From: Malacoraja senta
Taxonomy: Eukaryota
Direction of reading: 5' to 3'
NCBI GenBank assembly: GCA_038087875.1
Contig: CM075990.1
Location: 6,512,001 to 6,576,000 of the forward strand
DNA length: 64,000 nucleotides
Shown here: in pieces, positions 24,618 to 36,710 of the stretch
Layout: the number at the start of each line of letters is the position of its first letter
How positions within the stretch are numbered: the first letter of the stretch is position 1
The notes under the pieces: generated by a model
Told to the model about the DNA's origin: nothing
Database searches by the model: none
The model's input: only the letters and a program-made list of their open reading frames with translations
Made by a program: the position numbers and the translations under genes

Positions 24618-25204
24618 ACATATAAAAAGCATTTGGACAGGAAATACTGGAGTAACTCAGCGGATCACTGATAAACATAGCGATGAATACATGCAAGAGA
24701 GTCAAGAGTCTGAAGAAGGATCACGACCCGAAACGTCACCCATTCCTTCTCTCCAGAGATGATGCCTGTCCCGCTGAGTTACTCCAGCTTCTTGTGTCTA
24801 TCTTCAGAGAGTCAAGAGTGTTTTATTGTCAAATGTCCCAGATAGAACAATGACATTTTTACTTGCTGCAGCACAACAGAATATGTAAACATAGTACACT
24901 GTGAACAATATAATCACGAAAGAGAGAAAAAAAATTCAGTGTGTGTATATATACCCATACTCACAAATACACATGTATATAGATCATATGTATATATCTA
25001 TTGTACACACAAACAAACAAATAAAAACACAAACAAAAGCGACTAGTGCAGATAGGGCATCTTGGCAGGCATGAGGATGGTCGGCCAAAGTGCCTATTGT
25101 AGTGTAACTGATCCAGAGAAAAAAATCCAACACTGGTTACGGTCCACTGTAAGGTAGCTGGTCTATCGGTGTGCCACTGTGCCACATTTCTACTGAGTTA
25201 CTCA

Positions 25205-25465
25205 TCTGAGGGGAGAGTGGACGCTGGCGCGGTTTAGCTGCTGCTGCTCTCGCCTCAAATTGTGTTTCTGATTTTCTTTTTTGTGCCTTTGGAATGAATT
25301 CTGTCCTTAATTTGTGTATTGTGATGTTGTTGATGTCCCTACTATTTTTTATTTTTTTTATTCTGCTTATATGTTTTGTAATCTGCTTATCTGCAAGGCG
25401 TCCTTGAGAGTCTTTGAAAGGCGCCCATAAGTGTAATGATAAATAAAAATAAAAAAAATAAAAAA
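25205..25465 (+). mobile_element. L2-type 3' tail
   Basis: AAGGCGTCCTTGAG..TTGAAAGGCGCC..AAATAAAA stem-loop tail resembling L2 3' ends. Confidence 0.55.
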
Positions 25466-26067
25466 ACCACCATTGCTGCACCCGTTGGCCAGAGTTCAGC
25501 AGGTATACTGTTGGGAGGCTGGGTTGTTGACTGGCCTGCCCCCTTGAGCTGATGGGAGTGGACTGTAGACACTTGTATTGCACCGAGCTCTGTAGGAAAC
25601 CTCTCATCTCCAGGCTCAGGAATCTGCTGCTCACTGCTTTCCTCCTCCAGCATTGCCTTCAGCAAGGAAAACTCTAACGAAGCAGCAGGGCTGATGGTCT
25701 GGGGACTGTTATAAACCAGTTGCAAATAGTTAAGACCTGCAGCAAGTGTTGCAAGATGTACTAATAGCTCTCAATTCTCTGGGGTCGAATCGTTTGCATA
25801 ATTACTCACAGCATTGCCATTGGGCTCGTGGGCTGCTCAGGGAATTCTGAATCAACTGATCAGAGCCTCAAGTGGGTTTGGTCCAGAGGGTGGATTTCTG
25901 GCCAGCGTCCCCACACTAACAGCAGAGCGGAAACCCCAGTGGGACAAAGCAGGCGGCAGTTATCGATCGGTGAACCTCATTCCCACCCTTCGTCAAAATG
26001 CCAGTGAATGGGGGATGACAGCCTCACACTCCCATCACTATTATGCGCTATAAATGCAACAAATAAT

Positions 26068-26562
26068 GGTCATAAGGTCATAAGATCATGTTATAAGAAA
26101 TATGAGTAGAATTAGGCCATTTAGGCCCATCAAGTCTACTCCGTGATTCAATCATGGCTGATCTGTCTCTCCCTCCCAACCCCATTCTTCTGCCTTCTCC
26201 CCATAACCTCTGACACCTGTACTAATCACGAATTTATCTATGCATCAAAAATATCCACTGACTTGGCCTCCACAACATTCTGTGGCAAAAATTCCACAGA
26301 TTCACCACCCTCTGACTAAAGACATTTCTCCTCATCTCCTTCCTAAAAGAACGTCCTTTCATTCAGAGGCTGTGACCACTCGTCCTAGACTCTCCCACTA
26401 GTGGAAACATCCTCTCCACATCCACTCTACCCAAGTCTTTCACTATTCTGCATGTTTCAATAAGGTCCCCCCTCATTCTTCTAAACTCCAGCGAGTACAG
26501 GCTCAGTGCCGACAAACGCTGATCATAGGTTAACATACTCATTCCTGGGATCATTCTTGTAA
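26068..26562 (-). mobile_element. CR1 3' fragment
   Basis: MIPGMSMLTYDQRLSALSLYSLEFRRMRGDLIET.. Confidence 0.88.
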
Positions 26563-27162
26563 ATGGTACATTACTGTAAATACCCTTGGTATTACACTTT
26601 ATGTTCCAATGGTCGTTACAATAGTTAGAGCTGGAGAAGGTTCCTGAATGTTCCAGAATTCCTCACCCAGCTCCAGTCTTTTCCGACCTTCTACATTTAT
26701 GATTCTCAGTCTTGCTCCCCTCCGCTCCGTCTCTGAAGCCTCCTCTCATCCTACAGCGCTCAGGTTCTGGGGCCTGACTGGTGTGAGCCGGTGAATTTCC
26801 TCTGAAGTGTATTGGCCTTTCAAATGGGGCCTCCAGCTGTCAAGGCCTTATCTCTGCAACAACATCCCTATACTCAGCAGCACAAGTCTCTTCCCTTATG
26901 ATGCTCTTGCCCCATTGATCAATCTTCTGCTCACCTGTCCTATAACTCTCTAAATGCAACAAAAAAAACTCAATTACCCAACAAGTGAAGCATCTTGCCT
27001 AAAGCACCAGTAAAGGTGAGATGTTGCAGTTGTTATCATGAACTTAAAGTGGGATTATGAGGTTCTGCTTCTGGTGTGGAATAATGCTCTCTGCCAGCAC
27101 CCTTTTCCAGCTGCATGGTTGGCATTTCTGATTGATGAATCATTGCATTGTGTCACACCTGT

Positions 27163-27375
27163 TCAGTTTAGTGATACAGCGCGGAAACACGCCATTCAGC
27201 CCACCGAGTCCGCGCCGACCACAATCCCCAGACGCTTGCACTATCTTAACACACACTCGGGACAATCTACAATTTTACCAAAGGCAAGTATCCTACAAAC
27301 CATTACGTCTTTGGAGTGTGGGAGGAAACCAGAGCACCCGGAGAAAACCCACGCAGTCAGAGGGAGAACGTACAA
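27163..27375 (-). mobile_element. HE1-like V-SINE, truncated
   Basis: Tail and V-domain present, head missing. Confidence 0.8.
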
Positions 27376-27396
27376 GATAGCTCGTGCTGTTGGGTT

Positions 27397-27640
27397 TTAA
27401 GCTACCCAAGCTGAATTTGAGGTGCTGTTCTCCCAGTTTGCACGTGGACTCACTCTGGCAATGGAGGAGGCACAAAAAGTTGGAGTAACCCAGCGGGCCA
27501 GGCAGCATCTCTGGAGAAAAGGAATAGGTGACGTTTCGGGTTGAGACCCTACTTCAGACTGAGAGTCAGGGGAGAGGGGGAAACGAGAGATATGCAAAGG
27601 TATATAGAACAAACGAATGAAAGATATGCAAAAGGACAAA
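27397..27640 (-). mobile_element. Penelope-like GIY-YIG end and pLTR
   Basis: LLHCQSESTCKLGEQHLKFSLGSL; pLTR with hammerhead-like core at ~27527-27560. Confidence 0.75.
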
Positions 27641-28249
27641 TCAAGGAATGTCAGTATGGGACTGGGAAGGGGAGATAAAGTCATTTGCAACCATTTATGC
27701 CGGGCAGTGCTGGGTTCCATACAAGTTTCCTTTCAGTCGGGAAAGCTCCTACAGCAAGAACTCCTGGCTTTTCAACATTGTGGATGTGCCGGTCCACATC
27801 TCTACTGTGATCCCATGGCTGACTCATCGAAGCCTGTGTCATGGCCACATTTGACTGTGGCCCTTTTAAGAGCAGCTTTCCTTGGTGGAATTTTGCGCGG
27901 AGCTCAGCCAACGGTGCTACAGGCCAAGTTCCCAGGGCATGTTCTCCACGTGTCAGATGTCTGTTAGAAACAGTGAGAGAGCCGGAGCTGTAATCCATTG
28001 GTACTGGTGTGCCTGCAACATAAGCCTACCCGATCCCCATTCTGAAATCCTTGCGGACCCAACGCCCTGTCCAAGGGCGCTGGGCGCATGCATTTGGTAC
28101 AAGCACGGGTAGCTGGCCAGCATTCCCTCACACGCTGGATATGGAGCTCACAGAGGGATTTGGACTATTTCAGAGCTGTGAGGTGTGTTTAATGACTAAC
28201 ATCTGCGGTTATGTTATCTAATTGGGAATATGTGATCTTTCCACAACTT

Positions 28250-28340
28250 ACGGCTTGGCTCAATGGATGCATTCTCACCTCTGAGTCAGAAGGTTGAAGG
28301 TTCAAACCCACTCAGGGGACTGTAGCGCACAACTTGGACA
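28250..28340 (+). mobile_element. tRNA-derived head of a DeuSINE/SacSINE1-like element
   Basis: TGGCTCAATGG..CTCACCTCTGAGTCAGAAGGTTGAAGGTTCAAACCCACT resembles the recalled SacSINE1 5' region. Confidence 0.5.
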
Positions 28341-28451
28341 TGCCTCGATGTAATGGTTTATTACATCCAGTCTATGGCTTTTCCTGGCTGTCAATGACGT
28401 TTCAGCAATGTGTAACATTTCTCCAATGCCAACTGCTGTGATTGCATTAGG

Positions 28452-28770
28452 AGTGGAAACAAGGAACTGCAGATGCTGGTTTGCAAATGAAGACACGGCA
28501 TGCTGGTGTAGCTCAGTAGGGTCAGGCAGCATCTCAGGAGAACATGGAGAGGTGACGTTTCTGGTCGGGACCTTTCTTCAGCGGCAGGTAAAAGGCTGTC
28601 AAAAAGGTGGAGGGTTATTTGAAGGGCACTTGGTTGAACAAAGGCCAGAGATGAAGAAACAGAAGGTGTGAGACGATAGGATTGAGGTTGCGAATTGTGA
28701 AGCTGGAGGAAGGAATGCATGTGGAAGGGGACAGGGAGGAGAGAGAAATTGTTGCCAGTCCAGGAGGGGC
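28452..28770 (-). mobile_element. Penelope-like pLTR/3' UTR
   Basis: Homologous to 1785-2090 and 10395-10735. Confidence 0.75.
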
Positions 28771-28784
28771 ATCTGACTATCTAA

Positions 28785-29388
28785 AGGCTCTGTCTTACCT
28801 GTTTGCGGTCATCGGCGGTGAAGCGCGGCGTCGCCGGTAGCGAGGACCGCGCGGCAACGGCGAGAGCGTCGAGCCTATCCACCGGAGCGCCGCACGGATG
28901 CTGCGCGGGGGCCGAGTTAATTCAAACACGGCAGGTCCCACGTGCTTGCGGTAAGTAAAAAAAAGGGCGGGCCGACTGTGATGACGTCGGCCCGCCGCAC
29001 GTGACTCACCAGCGGCGGCTGTGGCGGCGGCCATCCTGATCGTGGCGCTGTAGCGGTGGCTGTGCCTGCGGCCGTGCAGCACACGTGCCTCACTGGCGGC
29101 CGCACGTGCGTCACTGGCGGAGGCTGTGCCAGTGGAGGTTTGACGCACGGCGCTTGAGCCATACTGGCGGCGGCCCGTGCGAGCGGCCGTGCGCACTCGT
29201 GCATCACTGGTGGAGGTTGTGCGGTGAGTATTTTGTTTTGGACATTGTCGTTTTTATTTTAGCACCGCGCGGTGTTGGGAACACCGCCGCACGGCCCGGG
29301 AATTGTACTTTCTCACGAGTGCGCGGTCTATGGCGGCAGATTCCTCCCGTTTCGCCGCCATAGACCGCAGACTCGTGAGACAGGCCTT
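28785..29388. mobile_element. GC-rich Harbinger-like MITE
   Basis: Imperfect TIR AGGCTCTGTCTTAC..GCGGTC / GACCGCAGACTCGTGAGACAGGCCTT; TAA/TAA flanks; CpG-dense interior. Confidence 0.7.
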
Positions 29389-29827
29389 TAAGTAAGTAAG
29401 TATGTTTATTGGCCAAGTATTCACATACAAGGAATTTGCCTTGGTGCTCCGCCCACAAGTAACAACATGACATACAGTGACAGTTACGAATGACTCAGAA
29501 AACACTAAACATTAATAATAATAAAACATTAATGATAAAACACCATTGGTCAAGCATGTGAACCAACAAAATACCAGATCAATAAACCCCTCACCTGTGT
29601 CAGCCTATTACCGACATGGCTTTGCCTCACTTCCAGCTTTCTTTCCCCCTGCCTAACATCACCCTGAAAGAAGGTCCTGACCTGAACCATCACCTATCCA
29701 TGTTCTCCTGAGATGCTGCCTGACCCACTCAGCTACTCCAGCATTACATGCTTTCTATCCTCCCTTCTGTTCAGTTCTTTGCTTGTGGTGAGATTCAGGC
29801 AGTGCCAATGAAAAATAACACATTTTT

Positions 29828-30325
29828 ACGGTGGCGCAGCGGCAGAGTTGCTGCCTCACAGAGCTAGAGACCTAGGTTCGATTCTGACTACGGGTGCTGT
29901 CTGTATAGAGTTTGTACGTTCTCCCCGTGACCACGTGGGTTTTCTCCGGGTTTCCTTCCACGCTCCAAATACGTACAGGTTTGTCGGTTCATTTGGCTTC
30001 GGTAAAAACTGTAAATTGTCCCTAGCGTGTCGGATAGTGTTGGTGCATGGGGATCGTTGGTCAGCATAGACTTGGTGGGCCGAAGGGCTTGATTCATAAG
30101 TTCATAAGTTTATGTGATAGGAGCAGAATTAGGCCATTCGGCCTATCAAGTCTACTCTGCCATTCAATCAAGGCTGATCTATCTTTCCCTCTTAACCCCA
30201 TTCACTTGCCTTCTCCCAATAACCCCCTGCCACCCGTACTAATCAATAACCTATCTATCTCTTCCTTAAAAATATCTATTCACGTGGCTTCTGCGCTGTA
30301 TCTCTAAACTAAACTAAACTAAACT
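29828..30325 (+). mobile_element. HE1-like V-SINE interrupted by a minus-strand CR1 tail (~30093-30285)
   Basis: SINE body to ~30088; CTGTATCTCTAAACTAAAC tail resumes at ~30292. Confidence 0.82.
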
Positions 30326-30589
30326 GCAACATTGTCATCCTATGGTTCAACAGTGAGTGCATTTGCAAAGTGTGTCCTCAGCTGACACGAGCTTGGGATG
30401 TCCAGATGTCCTGGAAAAGGTTGCTGTAAATGGAAGTTCCAACTTTAAAAGGTAAACATGGCAGCATTTCCCAGAGAAAATCACACGCCATACATGATTA
30501 AAGTTGTGCTGAATATTCACAGTGATGCTGTGAAATCCGGGGTTTAATGAATTCTTTTGGGATATTTTGAGGTCTTGATTTACAGAGGG

Positions 30590-30790
30590 CACTGTACCAA
30601 GTGGTTGTATGTATCGCAAACAACTAAGGTCCCAGCACGGATCAGTGTGTAACTCCACTGGTCACAGACCTCCAGCCAGATTAACACTTCCACCGCAACC
30701 AGCTGTCTTGTATGAATAAGCCAATTCTGAATCTAAAAACCACCAGGTTATCGTGGATTCTATGCATTTCAATCTTCTTGATCAGCCTGC
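30590..30790 (-). mobile_element. CR1 ORF2 RT fragment
   Basis: Minus strand decays to RLIKKIEMH..IQNWL...WRSVTSGV....VLGP. Confidence 0.6.
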
Positions 30791-30946
30791 AATCTTTTCC
30801 CTGTACCACGGTCCTTGTGACAATAATAATCCTAAACCTAAACTTAAATCTAAACCTGCAGTGTTTTCAATTTTGATCTCTAGCTGTCAGTCTATGCCAT
30901 TGGATCACAGGTCAGTCATTTAACCACTACTTCACCCAGGTTCAAA

Positions 30947-31258
30947 AGGGCGGCGCAGTGGCGCAGCGATAGAGTTGCTGCCTTACAGCGCCAGGGACCC
31001 GGGTTCGATCCTGATTGCGGGTGCTGTCTGTACGGAGTTTGTCCGTTCTCCCCGTGACCTGCGTGGGTTTTCTCCGAGATCTTCGGTTTCCTCCTATACT
31101 CCAAAGATGTACATGTTTGTAGGCGGATTGGCTTGGTATAATGATAAATTGTCCCTAGTGTGTGTAGGATCGTGTGGTTGTGCGGGGATCGCTGTTTGGC
31201 GAGGACACGGTGGGCTGAAGAGCCTGTTCCTACGTTGTATCTCTAAACGGAACTAAAC
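30947..31258 (+). mobile_element. HE1-like V-SINE, full length
   Basis: GGGCGGCGCAGTGGCGCAGCG..GGTTCGATCC (boxes A/B), V-domain, tail. Confidence 0.9.
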
Positions 31259-31652
31259 CATCATGGTTTAGCCATGGCACTATTCAACATAGAAACACCG
31301 TTCTCTCTCTCTTTGTGACGGAGAGGCACATATCATCATACACAGTAAACCCTCGTAGCATGGAAGTGGTAAATCAGGATGCAGCCATACCTGAGGTACT
31401 TCAAGCATTACCCTTGACCAGAGATGTTTCGATCTAACAAAATAGCCACTCATTGTACTGTGAAGAATGATTCATGGTGACATAAGATGGAGCTGAGCAT
31501 GTCTGTCTCTTTCCTACTGCTTGAGTAGATCAGTCCTGGGACAGGCAGAAGCCCCACCACACTCCGCATCACCGGAGAACTGTACACAAGGTGATGGGGA
31601 TGTAAGAAGCGTAGATGGAATGGATAGTTTGAAAAACTTGGCAGAACTACTC

Positions 31653-32180
31653 TTTAGACTTTAGAGATACGGTGCGGAAACAGGTCCACCAAGTCTGTGC
31701 CGTCCAGCAATCGCCCCATACATTAATGTTATCCTACACACTAGGATTGCCTAGTCATCCCCCCCCCCTCAGACACTCCTTCCCCCAGTGACTGATCTCC
31801 CCCCCCCCCCCCCACGAATATTGCACTACTGCTACTGTATGTACATATATATATATTTACTGTCCCATTATTCTATGTTCCCACTTCTGGGTGAGATGCT
31901 AACTACATTTCGTTGTCTGTGTACTTGTACACTGCACAATGACAATAAAGTTTGAATCTGAATCTGAATCTGAATCTGAAGGAACAATTTTACAACTTAC
32001 CGAAGCCAATTAACCTACAAACCTGCACGTCTTTGGCGTGTGGGAGGAAACCGGAGAACCCAGAGAAATCCCACAGTCACAGGGAGAACGTACAAACTTT
32101 GTATAGATAGCACCCATAGTCAGGATCGAACCCGGGTCTCTGGCGCTGTAAGGCAGTAGCTCTACCACTGTGACACTGTG
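31653..32180 (-). mobile_element. HE1-like V-SINE with an inserted LINE tail (~31745-31980, (TGAATC)n)
   Basis: SINE halves are collinear around the insert ending GACAATAAAGTT(TGAATC)n. Confidence 0.8.
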
Positions 32181-32289
32181 TGTCTCCTTAATGAAGTACT
32201 CATTTATCCTGTGGTGACCATGTTTTTTATGTCATGATTTCCTTCCTTCCCACTTCATGTTATTGAATCCCGAGAGGATTTTCCATATA

Positions 32290-33895
32290 CAGTGGCTTGC
32301 AAAAGTATTCATACACCTTCAACTTTTCCACATTTTGTCACGTTACAACCACAAACGTAAATGTATTTTATTGGGATTTTATGTGATAGACCAACACAAA
32401 GTGGCCCATAATTGTGAAGTGGAAGGAAAATGATACATGGTTTTCACATTTTTTTACAAATAAAAAACTGAAAAGTGTGGCGTGCAAAAGTAATCAGCCC
32501 CCTTTACTCTGATACCCCTAAATACAATCCAGTGCAACCAATTGCCTTCAGAAGTCACCTAATTAGTAAATAGAGTCCACTTGTGTGTAATCTAATCTCA
32601 GTATAAATACAGCTGTTCTGTGAAGGCCTCAGAGGTTTGTAAGAGAACATTAGTGAACAAACTGCATCATGAAGCCCAAGGAACACACCAGACAGGTCAG
32701 GGATAAAGTTGTGGAGAAGTTTAAAGCAGGGTTAGGATATAAACAAATATCCCAAGCTTTGAACATCTCACGGAGCACTGTTCAATCCGAAAATGGAAAG
32801 AGTATGGCACAACTGCAAACCTACCAAGACATGGCCGTCCACCTAAACTGACAGGCCGGGCAAGGAGAGCATTGATCAGAGAAGCAGCCAAGAGGCCATG
32901 GTAACTCTGGAGGAGCTGCAGAGATCAACAGCTCAGGTGGGAGAATCTGTCCACAGGACAACTATTAGTCGTACACTCCACAAATCGGGCCTTTATGGAA
33001 GAGTGGCAAGAAGAAAGCCATTGTTGAAAAAAAGCCATAAGAAGTCCCGTTTGCAGTTTGCCACAAGCCATGTGGGGGACACAGCAAACATGTGGAGGAA
33101 GGTGCTCTGGTCAGATGAGACCAAAATTGAAGTTTTTGGCCTAAATGCAAAACGCTATGTGTGGCGGAAACCTAACACTGCACATCACCCTGAACACACC
33201 ATCCCCACTGTGAAACATGGTGGTGGCAGTATCATGCTGTGGGGATGCTTTTCTTCAGCAGGGACAGGGAAGCTGGTCAGAGTTGATGGGAAGATGGATG
33301 GAGCCAAATACAGGGCAATCTTGGAAGAAAACCTGTTAGAGTCTGCAAAAGACTTGAGACTGGGGCGGAGGTTCACCTTCCAGCAGGACAACGACCCTAA
33401 ACATACAGCCAGAGCTACAATGGAATGGTTTAGATCAAAGCATATTCATGTGTTAGAATGGCCCAGTCAAAGTCCAGACCTAAATCCAATTGAGAATCTC
33501 TGGCAAGACTTGAAAATTGCTGTTCACAGACGCTCTCCATCCAATCTGACTGAGCATGAGCTATTTTGCAAAGAAGAATGGGCAAAAATTTCAGTCTTCT
33601 AGATGTGCAAAGCTGGTAGAGACATACCCCAAAAGACTTGCAGCTGCAATTGCAGCGAAAGGTGGTTCTACAATTGACTCAGTGGGGCTGAATACTTTTG
33701 CACGCCACACTTTTCAGTTTTTTATTTGTAAAAAAATTTGAAAACCATGTATCATTTTCCTTCCACTTCACAATTATGCACCACTTTGTGTTGGTCTATC
33801 ACATAAAATCCCAATAAAATACATTTACGTTTGTGGTTGTAACGTGACAAAATGTGGAAAAGTTGAAGGGGTATGAATACTTTTGCAAGCCACTG
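32290..33895 (+). mobile_element. Full-length Tc1 transposon (IR/DR type, Passport-like)
   Basis: ~210-bp near-identical TIRs starting CAGTGGCTTGCAAAAGTATTCA; TA on the left, GA on the right; inner and outer TGCAAAAGTA.TCA direct repeats. Confidence 0.95.
32669..33677 (+). pseudogene. Tc1 DD34E transposase, frameshifted
   Basis: MKPKEHTRQVRDKVV..GRPPKL..WSDETK..QQDNDPKH..(34 aa)..PIENLW; indels near 32788, 32897, 33597 and 33673. Confidence 0.93.
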
Positions 33896-34349
33896 GATAT
33901 GCTGGGCTTTGACAATTTGAAACTCTGCTAAATTTTGAAGGCAAGATGATTATCTCCTTAACAGTGTGGTGAGTTGGCATTTGATGATGGAAGTTTAAGT
34001 AATATTTGCAGAGCTCTGCTTTGACCGTTGCTGGTGTGTGTCAGAATGGTACCAAGCTCTGATTAGACCTGCCCTGCCCCTGCTCTCAGACCTGGGGAAT
34101 CATATCTCCACAAGGCTCTGACCATAAAGTTCTAACAGGTGGCAACAGTTCACCAGAATGGTATTGATATAAAAGGTTCGATTGTCATGATTGCAGACTG
34201 GATTTGTGTTCCCCTGTAAAAAATGTTAAGGCATTGTCTAATTGGGCATTCAGGGTGATGGAAGGGTTTAGAAAGGGTAAAAACGAAAAACGATTTCCGC
34301 TGATGCGTGGAATGAGAGCTTGCTTGTTCAGAGATCGTGCCAGGAAATT

Positions 34350-34525
34350 CCCAAAAAAGGGCAGAGGAATGGCAGATGGAGTTGAATCTGAAAGTGTGAG
34401 GTGTCACACTTCAGGAGATGATATGTAAGGGGAAAATATGACTAAATGACAGGACCCTGAGGAACTTTGATGCATAGAGGAATCTTGGGGAGCAAGACCA
34501 TAGCTCGCTGAAAGTGACAACGCAA
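34350..34525 (+). mobile_element. CR1 ORF2 fragment
   Basis: Decayed AEEWQMELN..KCEV.HF...RNLG.Q.HSSLKV. Confidence 0.65.
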
Positions 34526-34867
34526 CACATTATCAGGGCCACCACATGAGCGATCATCTGGAGGTGGTCAGTGGTCAGCCTGAAACTCCTCACTTACAGG
34601 ATAAGCAGGTCACTTGACATTCCAAGTTATGTTTACTATAGACAGTCAACTGGAGTGGAACGCCTTACTGTGCCAGAGAACCCGGGTTCAATCCTGACTA
34701 CTGATCCTGTCTGCTCGAGTAACTCAGCCGGTCAGCCAGCATCTCTGGAGAACATTAAAAGGTGATGTTTGGGGGACAAGACCATTCTTCAGGTTGCTGA
34801 AGGTGTATATATTTTATGTTAAGTAACCAGCTAAAGTGTTACAAATAACATCATGTCAATAACTGAT

Positions 34868-35093
34868 GGTGCGTTGGCACAGCGGTAGAGTTGCTGCCTT
34901 ACAGCGCTGGAGAACCGGGTTCAATCCTGACTATGGGTGCTGTCCATACGGAGTTTGTATGTTCTCCCTGCGACCGTGTGGGCTTTCTCCGGGTGCTCCT
35001 GGTTTCCTCCCGCATTCCAAAGATGTAATAATAATAATGGATGGGATTTATATAGCGCCTTTCTAATACTCAATGTAGGTTAATTGGCTTCTG
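34868..35093 (+). mobile_element. HE1-like V-SINE 5' part with a short L2 tail inserted
   Basis: Head and V-domain; (AAT)n..TTTATATAGCGCCTTTC insert at ~35027-35072. Confidence 0.75.
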
Positions 35094-35302
35094 TACAGCA
35101 TTTTGTGACTTTCGTAGATCCAAATGTCTACAGGATTCCAATATCTTCAGTAAAATAACCTGTGGACAGTAATCACTGGCTCAAACATCATTTTTTTTTA
35201 CCATATTCTTTGTGTAATGGTTTCCCCTGGCATTTACAACCGAGAACAAAGAGTGTCCCGGAGTGAACTCGTGCAGTGCATGGGTGTGGGATAGAACTAC
35301 TT

Positions 35303-35580
35303 TGTTTAGTTTAGAGATACAGCATGGAAACAGGCCCTTCAGCCCACCGAGTCCACACCGACCAGCGATCCCCGCACATTAACACTACCCTACACACACT
35401 ATGGACAATTTACACTTACACCAAGCCAATTAACCTACATACCTGTACGTCTTTGGACTGTGGGAGGAAACCGAAGATCTCAGAGAATACCCACGCGGTC
35501 ACGGGGAGAACGTGCAAACTCTGTACACCACTACAAGTGCTGTAAGGCAGCAGCTCGACCGCTGCACCATCGTGCCGCCC
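35303..35580 (-). mobile_element. HE1-like V-SINE
   Basis: Tail, V-domain and head with an internal deletion. Confidence 0.85.
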
Positions 35581-36447
35581 TATAGTACCAATGATGGGTG
35601 TACGGGTGTTCACTGGTTGGTGCAGACTCGGTGGGCCGAAGGGCCTGTTACCACGTCACATCTTGAGACAACTCGGATATAGTCCTTGGGTTCACTTAAA
35701 AAGTCAAGCAAACTCTCCCGAGAGCCAGCATGCTGAGATTCTGGAAACTAACAGCAGGTTGCGTATTACAAAATCTGAAGTGGGAAATGTTTCAGATGGG
35801 GCCATTGCCACTGTAAACAACTTATTATTTTTTTGTGTGTGTGTTTACGAAGTGATGCATGAGGTTTCTTTTTCCCAAATAATAATTAGCATGTGGCGCT
35901 GGGATTTGGCAATCAGTCTGATTTCATTCGAGATTAAAAAAAGGTCACCGTGTACAACATATACATTGAAAAATAGCTTGACCAATGCAAAAAACATATG
36001 TGGACTTAAAATATAAACTGTGCAGGATCTGATTGGGGAAAAAACTGGGCTTTAATCATGCATTAATCTATCATGATTATAAATAACTAACTCCTGGTTT
36101 TATGCACAGTTGACCTTTCTTTACACTGTGTGTTCATTTTGAGTACGCATTGAAGAATCTGGACTTCAACCCATTTCAAAAACTGGATCCTTTTTTACAT
36201 TAATTTTGCGGCATTACAACATGTGTTCTGAAAGGTCTGCCTGTCTTGAACTTCCTTGGTATTTCTTGAGGTATTTTAAAGAAGAATGCTGAAAAGTATT
36301 AATATGAGCCAGGAAAATTATATTGCACTAATATTAATGCAATTGTGGGGATTAGATATTGATTGGTTGATTGATACAGGATTGTCACATGTACTTGGTA
36401 CAGTGAAAATCTTTGTTCTACACAAACATGCAAAGAGTCGCCACGTA

Positions 36448-36710
36448 TAGAAACATAGAAAGTAGGTGCAGGAGTAGGCCATTCGGCCCTTCGAGCCAGC
36501 ACCACCATTCACAATCATCATGGCAGATCGTCCAGAACCAGTTCCTTGTTCCTGCTTTTTTTCCCCCTATCCCTTGATTGCGTTTGCCCTAAGAGCTATA
36601 TCCCTCCCTTGAATAGATCCAGTGAATTGGCCTCCATTGCCTTCTGTGGCAGAGAATTCCACAGATTCGCAACTCTCTGGGTGAAATTGTTTTTCCTCAT
36701 CTCCGTCCTA
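36448..36710 (-). mobile_element. CR1 3' end
   Basis: (TAGAAACA)n tail, GGCCATTCGGCCCTTCGAGCC, GAGAATTCCACAGATTC. Confidence 0.82.

Larger units (their letters stand above)
23548..24640 (+). mobile_element. CR1 fragment hosting nested insertions
   Basis: KLERVQRRFTRMLPGL..; CR1 sequence is collinear across the MITE (23747-23987) and Rex1 (24192-24617) insertions. Confidence 0.8.

Noticed and set aside
27660..28140. Overlapping 70-116-aa ORFs in unique sequence
   Set aside because: No recognisable domain and no consistent splice-site pair
28785..29388. CpG island / promoter
   Set aside because: GC-rich block is bounded by TIRs and TAA flanks, so better explained as a MITE
30947..31015. tRNA-like sequence with boxes A and B
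   Set aside because: It is the SINE head and continues into the V-domain and CR1-like tail; no tRNA 3' acceptor stem
36093..36130. Possible V(D)J RSS (CACAGTG ... CATAAAACC on minus)
   Set aside because: 19-nt spacer, poor nonamer and no adjacent V/D/J-like coding segment
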